From: Fervidobacterium sp.
Lineage (GTDB): Bacteria > Thermotogota > Thermotogae > Thermotogales > Fervidobacteriaceae
Direction: 5' to 3'
Length of the DNA: 64,000 bases
Assembly (NCBI GenBank): GCA_049970055.1
Contig: JBMFNR010000001.1
Location: 64,001 to 128,000 of the forward strand
The notes under the pieces are model-generated. The model was not told the origin of the DNA and ran no database searches. It saw only the letters and a list, made by a program, of their open reading frames with translations. Shown in pieces: positions 59,868 through 64,000 of the stretch (within the stretch, counting starts at the first letter, position 1; the number at the start of each line of letters is the position of its first letter). Both the position numbers and the translations under genes were made by a program.

Positions 59868-60623
59868 TCAATGATTTTTAATAGCTTCTATGATTTTCTC
59901 GTAGAACACAAAGCTATGTTCCGGGTCTTCGAATAATTCGTGATATCCACCTTCAAATTCTTCGATATGTTTTTCTGTTTGTAATTCGTTGTAAAATTGC
60001 CTTGCCCCTTCTGGTGGTGTAACCTTATCGTTGGTACCAATTAAAATAGTCACTGGACATACAATTCTCTCAGCTTGCTGATGAGCTAACTCTACGTTAG
60101 TTAACATGCTTTTCCCAAGTTTTATAGAAATTCTGTCATGAACGAGCGGATCCGAGATATATTTTTGAACCGCTTCTTTATTACGCGATAATAAATTCGG
60201 ATCAATTCCATTGCTTAGAGTCAAAGACGGTAACGTAAAAGAAAGTAAATTTACCAAAACCTTCTGATAAGGTTTTGGTTCGAGGCGAAGTGCGGGTGAA
60301 GATACAACAAGTTTACTAACCCTTTGAGGTCTTGTTTCAGTATATCTCACTGCAATAAGACCACCTAAACTGTGACCAAAAAGGATGAAATTTTTGACGT
60401 CTTTTGTCACTTCGTCTATGATTTCTAAAACTTCTTCAATGGAAGTGTGGCCACGTTTTCCGGAACTTTTGCCGTGTCCTGGTAGATCAAACCCTATTAC
60501 CGCGTATTTCTCATTAATTAGCGTATTTACCAATTTTTCATACCTTCCGATATGTTCACCTAAGCCATGGATAATCGTGACCCAACCATTTTCTGGTTCG
60601 CCTTTCTTAATCGTGTAAATCAA
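59868..60623 (-). CDS. Alpha/beta hydrolase (lysophospholipase-like)
   Basis: HGLGEH..RY, DLPGHG.S.G.RG, GHSLGG nucleophile elbow, D and H catalytic residues. Confidence 0.92.
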   Translation of the reverse strand: MIYTIKKGEPENGWVTIIHGLGEHIGRYEKLVNTLINEKYAVIGFDLPGHGKSSGKRGHTSIEEVLEIIDEVTKDVKNFILFGHSLGGLIAVRYTETRPQRVSKLVVSSPALRLEPKPYQKVLVNLLSFTLPSLTLSNGIDPNLLSRNKEAVQKYISDPLVHDRISIKLGKSMLTNVELAHQQAERIVCPVTILIGTNDKVTPPEGARQFYNELQTEKHIEEFEGGYHELFEDPEHSFVFYEKIIEAIKNH

Positions 60624-60678
60624 AGAGCTCCCCCCTATCAGGTTAATTGAATTAGTATTATTAAATCAGTAATTAGAT

Positions 60679-61110
60679 CTATTGGTTGAAATTAAAATTT
60701 GTGTATTTTTTAACATCAATAACCTCAATTTTGTACTTTTTGTCGAATAATCTTGTAAACAGAAAACCTATGCCCGAAAAACTTGTCGCAATTAAAAATG
60801 ACAGAATGTCGTTCATTTTTAGAAGGTATCCTATTAATACACCGATTATAAATCCTGCCAATGGTATACCGTATAAAATAAAGGAAAGTATAGCTTCGTT
60901 GTATTTTAAGTCCACTACCACCATATCACCTGGAAGAAGAGGCTGTAGATGTTCCGGTACGGAGCTTTTAGCGATTTTTAATTCCTTTCCACTACCTTTC
61001 ACTGAGCAAGAACCTGAAAGTGCGCACGCAGAACATGTAGCTTCATTGACTAATAGAGCAACGTAAATAAACTTATCATCAATGTTCTTTACCTGCATTA
61101 ATTCTTTCAT
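60679..61110 (-). CDS. RseC/MucC family protein
   Basis: CSACALSGSC, GD.V, ILYGIPL, two C-terminal TM helices. Confidence 0.8.
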   Translation of the reverse strand: MKELMQVKNIDDKFIYVALLVNEATCSACALSGSCSVKGSGKELKIAKSSVPEHLQPLLPGDMVVVDLKYNEAILSFILYGIPLAGFIIGVLIGYLLKMNDILSFLIATSFSGIGFLFTRLFDKKYKIEVIDVKKYTNFNFNQ

Positions 61111-61144
61111 TATGTGCCTCCTTATTAATCAACGTTCTTTAATG

Positions 61145-62758
61145 TTATTCTACCATCATTAGAAAGGGATAGTGCCGTTGACCACCTTCGAGGAATTCGA
61201 TCTGTATATTTGGATATTTTTTCTTCGTGTACTTCTCCACTATACTTTGTTCAATAGGTGTTGCATTTTCCCCAGTAAAAACAGTCAGAATCTCGCGATC
61301 TTGGAGTTGGCACTTCTGATAAAGTTTATCCAAAACGTTTACTAAATTGCGATGGTGGGTTACAAGCTCTTTGCCTACAAAACCGAGATACTCGTCTTTC
61401 TTTATTTTCTCACCTGCGTATTTTGAATCCCTGACAGCAATAGTGATAGAAATTGCAATAGTTTTTGGCAAAACTTCGTTGATAGATTTTATTATTTCTT
61501 CGACATCTTCTCCGGTTTTGTAAATCATCGCCATTATGTTTTCTTGAACATTTGTTGTTTTAATCACATGAACGTTTATATTTTCTTTTTCCGCAACCTT
61601 AGCAGCTTGTTCAGCCGCTAGTATAATATTTGGATTGTTGGGAAATACAATGACGTTATCTGCGTTTGCCTTTCTTATGGCGTCAAGTATATCTGCCATA
61701 CTTGGATTCATTGATTGGCCACCAGAGATAATTTCATCCGTTCCAAGATCTTTTAGTACCTTTGATAGGCCCTCTCCTGGTGAAACGGAAATAAATGCTA
61801 TTTTTTTACGCTCTTTCTTGACGTACTCACCTACAACGTGTTCGTGCTGCATTTTCATGTTATCGATCTTGACTTTTACTAAATCTCCATACTCCAAGAA
61901 CTTTTCAATTACATTGCCTGGATTGTTTGTGTGCACATGAAGTTTTATTATGTCGTCTTGAACAAAAAAGACAACAGAATCACCAATTTCGTTAAGGTAG
62001 GCCTCCATTTGTTTTTTTTCTTCACCGTTTATTTTCTTTCTGGACTCTACGATAAGTTCTGTACAATATTGGTACTCAAGTTCCTCTGGAGCGATTGTTA
62101 TTTTTTCTGCTGGCCTTGTTTCGATACCCTCGAGGTTGATTTTCGTATCACCAAGTACATATAATTTAAATCCTTGGATTACGTAGTACAATCCTTTTGC
62201 ACCTGCGTCAACTACATTTGCTTCTTTAAGTTTGGGAAGAAGTGATGGTGTTTTTTTCACAGCTTCGAGTGCGATTTCTTCCATCTTCTCAAAAAGTTCT
62301 TCGAAGCTCTCAAGGCTTGATAATTCTTTTGAACGCTCATCAAGCATCCTTACAACGGTAAGGATTGTCCCTTCAACCGGTTTCAAAACAGCTTTGTAAG
62401 CAACATCCTTTGCGCCTTTTATCCCTTTCACAAAATCTGTTACTGATAATTTACTCTTCTTGTCAAGCGACTCGCAAAAACCTCTGAATATTTGCGATAG
62501 AATAACCCCAGAGTTACCTCTAGCACCCATCAGTGTACCCTTTTTTATCGCATCTAGTACATTTTTAAGCTTAGTGTCTGTCAAGTTTTCCAAGTACTTA
62601 CAAGCTTCAAGCATTGTGGAACTCATATTCGATCCTGTGTCTCCATCTGGCACAGGGAAGACATTTAACGCATTTATCTCATCCCTGTGAGCCAACAGAT
62701 TCTCAGTACCTTTCATAAAAATACCTTTCATTTCAATTCCATTTATTGTATTAGACAA
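61145..62758 (-). CDS. fakA: DAK2-domain fatty acid kinase subunit (FakA/YloV)
   Basis: INALNVFPVPDGDTG.NM, GARGNSGVILSQ, PVEGTILTV, YCTE, HVHTN, GGQSMNPS. Confidence 0.93.
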   Translation of the reverse strand: MSNTINGIEMKGIFMKGTENLLAHRDEINALNVFPVPDGDTGSNMSSTMLEACKYLENLTDTKLKNVLDAIKKGTLMGARGNSGVILSQIFRGFCESLDKKSKLSVTDFVKGIKGAKDVAYKAVLKPVEGTILTVVRMLDERSKELSSLESFEELFEKMEEIALEAVKKTPSLLPKLKEANVVDAGAKGLYYVIQGFKLYVLGDTKINLEGIETRPAEKITIAPEELEYQYCTELIVESRKKINGEEKKQMEAYLNEIGDSVVFFVQDDIIKLHVHTNNPGNVIEKFLEYGDLVKVKIDNMKMQHEHVVGEYVKKERKKIAFISVSPGEGLSKVLKDLGTDEIISGGQSMNPSMADILDAIRKANADNVIVFPNNPNIILAAEQAAKVAEKENINVHVIKTTNVQENIMAMIYKTGEDVEEIIKSINEVLPKTIAISITIAVRDSKYAGEKIKKDEYLGFVGKELVTHHRNLVNVLDKLYQKCQLQDREILTVFTGENATPIEQSIVEKYTKKKYPNIQIEFLEGGQRHYPFLMMVE

Positions 62759-62774
62759 ATTATCACCTCATTTC

Positions 62775-63104
62775 TTATCTTAATCCGATGATGTTTACAT
62801 TGACTTCTGCATTCTCACAATTTGCAAGGTGCTCAAGTTTATGTCTTACGTTCTCCTCTATATTTCTACCTACTTCGGTAACTTTTGTACCGTATTCTAC
62901 CTCAACAAAAATATCAATTTTTATGTGTCCATATTCATCTTCTTCAACTTTTATTTTTCCTTCTTCAGAAGAAAACCACCTTGAAAACCAATTATCAGAA
63001 CCGATACTTATCGGACCGTATGTCTCAAGGACTGCTAAGTATACGAGTTTTCTTATAGCGTTAACTGTTATTTCAACTTCACCGTATTCCGTCTGGAATT
63101 TCAT
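62775..63104 (-). CDS. Asp23/Gls24 family protein (YloU-like)
   Basis: TEYGEVEI, VEYGT, NV...L; conserved neighbour of fakA/yloV. Confidence 0.85.
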   Translation of the reverse strand: MKFQTEYGEVEITVNAIRKLVYLAVLETYGPISIGSDNWFSRWFSSEEGKIKVEEDEYGHIKIDIFVEVEYGTKVTEVGRNIEENVRHKLEHLANCENAEVNVNIIGLR

Positions 63105-64000
63105 ATTCTTCTCACTCCTTTCAGAGAACATTTTTCTACGTACGATTTTATTGTGTTTTCAACGCTGATACAATCAAGTTTAACAAGTTGAAGTAGTTCT
63201 TTCCTTGTTCCGTGAGTTATAAAGTTATCTTCTACACCTAATTTTTTGATCTTTACATCAGGGTAAAGCTCTAATAGTTTGTCATTATAGTAAGATACGA
63301 CACTTTCACCAAAACCACCAATAAGTGTACCTTCCTCTACAGTGAAAATAAAAGCATGATTTTGAAAAACACTACTTAACATCATTTCATCTAAGGGTTT
63401 AATGCTCCTTACACCTACCAATGTCCAGTTATTTCTTTTACACATTTCTACGTATTGTTTTGTTAATGTTCCCACACTTAGTAAAGCTACATATCCACCC
63501 TCAACAATGATCTTCCAAGACCACAGGTCCACATACTCTATTTTACCACAAATATTGTCCAAATTGCCAAATTCCACATCTTTGGGGTATCTAATTGCAA
63601 TCGGTCCTTTATATGTGTCGCGTCTTTTAATGATCGTATAAATCATGTTAGCCAGGTCCTGAGCATCTACGGGGGTTAGTATCTTCATATTTGGAATAGG
63701 TCTCAAGTAGCTTATATCGAATACACCATGGTGTGTTGGACCATCTGGACCGACCAAACCTGCTCGATCAATTGCGAAAAGAACATCTAAATTCTGTAAA
63801 GCGATGTCGTGGATTATCTGATCGTAGGCTCTTTGAAGAAACGTCGAGTATATAGCTACTACGGGTTTATACCCTACTGTTGCAAGACCTCCTGCGTAAG
63901 TGACGACGGATTGCTCTGTTATGCCGAGATCTACAAAGCGATCTGGAAATTTTTGTGAGAACGAAGTCAAACCTGTACCATCCGGCATTGCCGCAGTCAA
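63101..64000 (-). CDS. dxs: 1-deoxy-D-xylulose-5-phosphate synthase (C-terminal part; runs off window)
   Basis: TAAMPDGTGL, GITEQ, YSTFLQRAYDQIIHD, DRAGLVGPDGPTHHG, IRYP, TVEE. Confidence 0.96.
   Translation of the reverse strand: MTAAMPDGTGLTSFSQKFPDRFVDLGITEQSVVTYAGGLATVGYKPVVAIYSTFLQRAYDQIIHDIALQNLDVLFAIDRAGLVGPDGPTHHGVFDISYLRPIPNMKILTPVDAQDLANMIYTIIKRRDTYKGPIAIRYPKDVEFGNLDNICGKIEYVDLWSWKIIVEGGYVALLSVGTLTKQYVEMCKRNNWTLVGVRSIKPLDEMMLSSVFQNHAFIFTVEEGTLIGGFGESVVSYYNDKLLELYPDVKIKKLGVEDNFITHGTRKELLQLVKLDCISVENTIKSYVEKCSLKGVRRI

Overview
AT-rich, gene-dense bacterial chromosome segment. The gene set and gene orders point to phylum Thermotogota, probably Fervidobacterium-like (inference): grpE-dnaJ without dnaK, SCCR-type class III RNR, drrA-hpkA-pdp, glgD-glgC and fliW-csrA. 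It is mostly housekeeping: chaperones, nrdG/nrdD under tandem NrdR boxes, mutS, tsaB, a glycerate uptake/kinase unit, trpB2, a branched-chain amino-acid ABC system with two binding proteins, serine dehydratase, two flagellins flanking a GT2-TPR glycosyltransferase, and a ~21 kb minus-strand run from dxs to a CapD-like gene. I saw no rRNA, tRNA, CRISPR array, IS element or prophage. Four signals are missed or unexplained by the ORF track. (1) A complete ribosome-stalling Trp attenuator precedes a stand-alone trpB2: a 41-aa leader with WWWW and a Cys-rich tail, plus 1:2/2:3/3:4 pairings. (2) A decayed ParB/Srx-like + SAM-methyltransferase frame, broken by short tandem duplications and TGA stops, lies directly behind a TPR-GT4 glycosyltransferase. 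(3) Several genes probably use non-canonical starts (CTG for tsaB and an EEP phosphatase, possibly ATC for mgsA). (4) IspF carries a degenerate GNAT-like N-terminal domain. All family assignments come from motif recognition by eye; no database searches were run.
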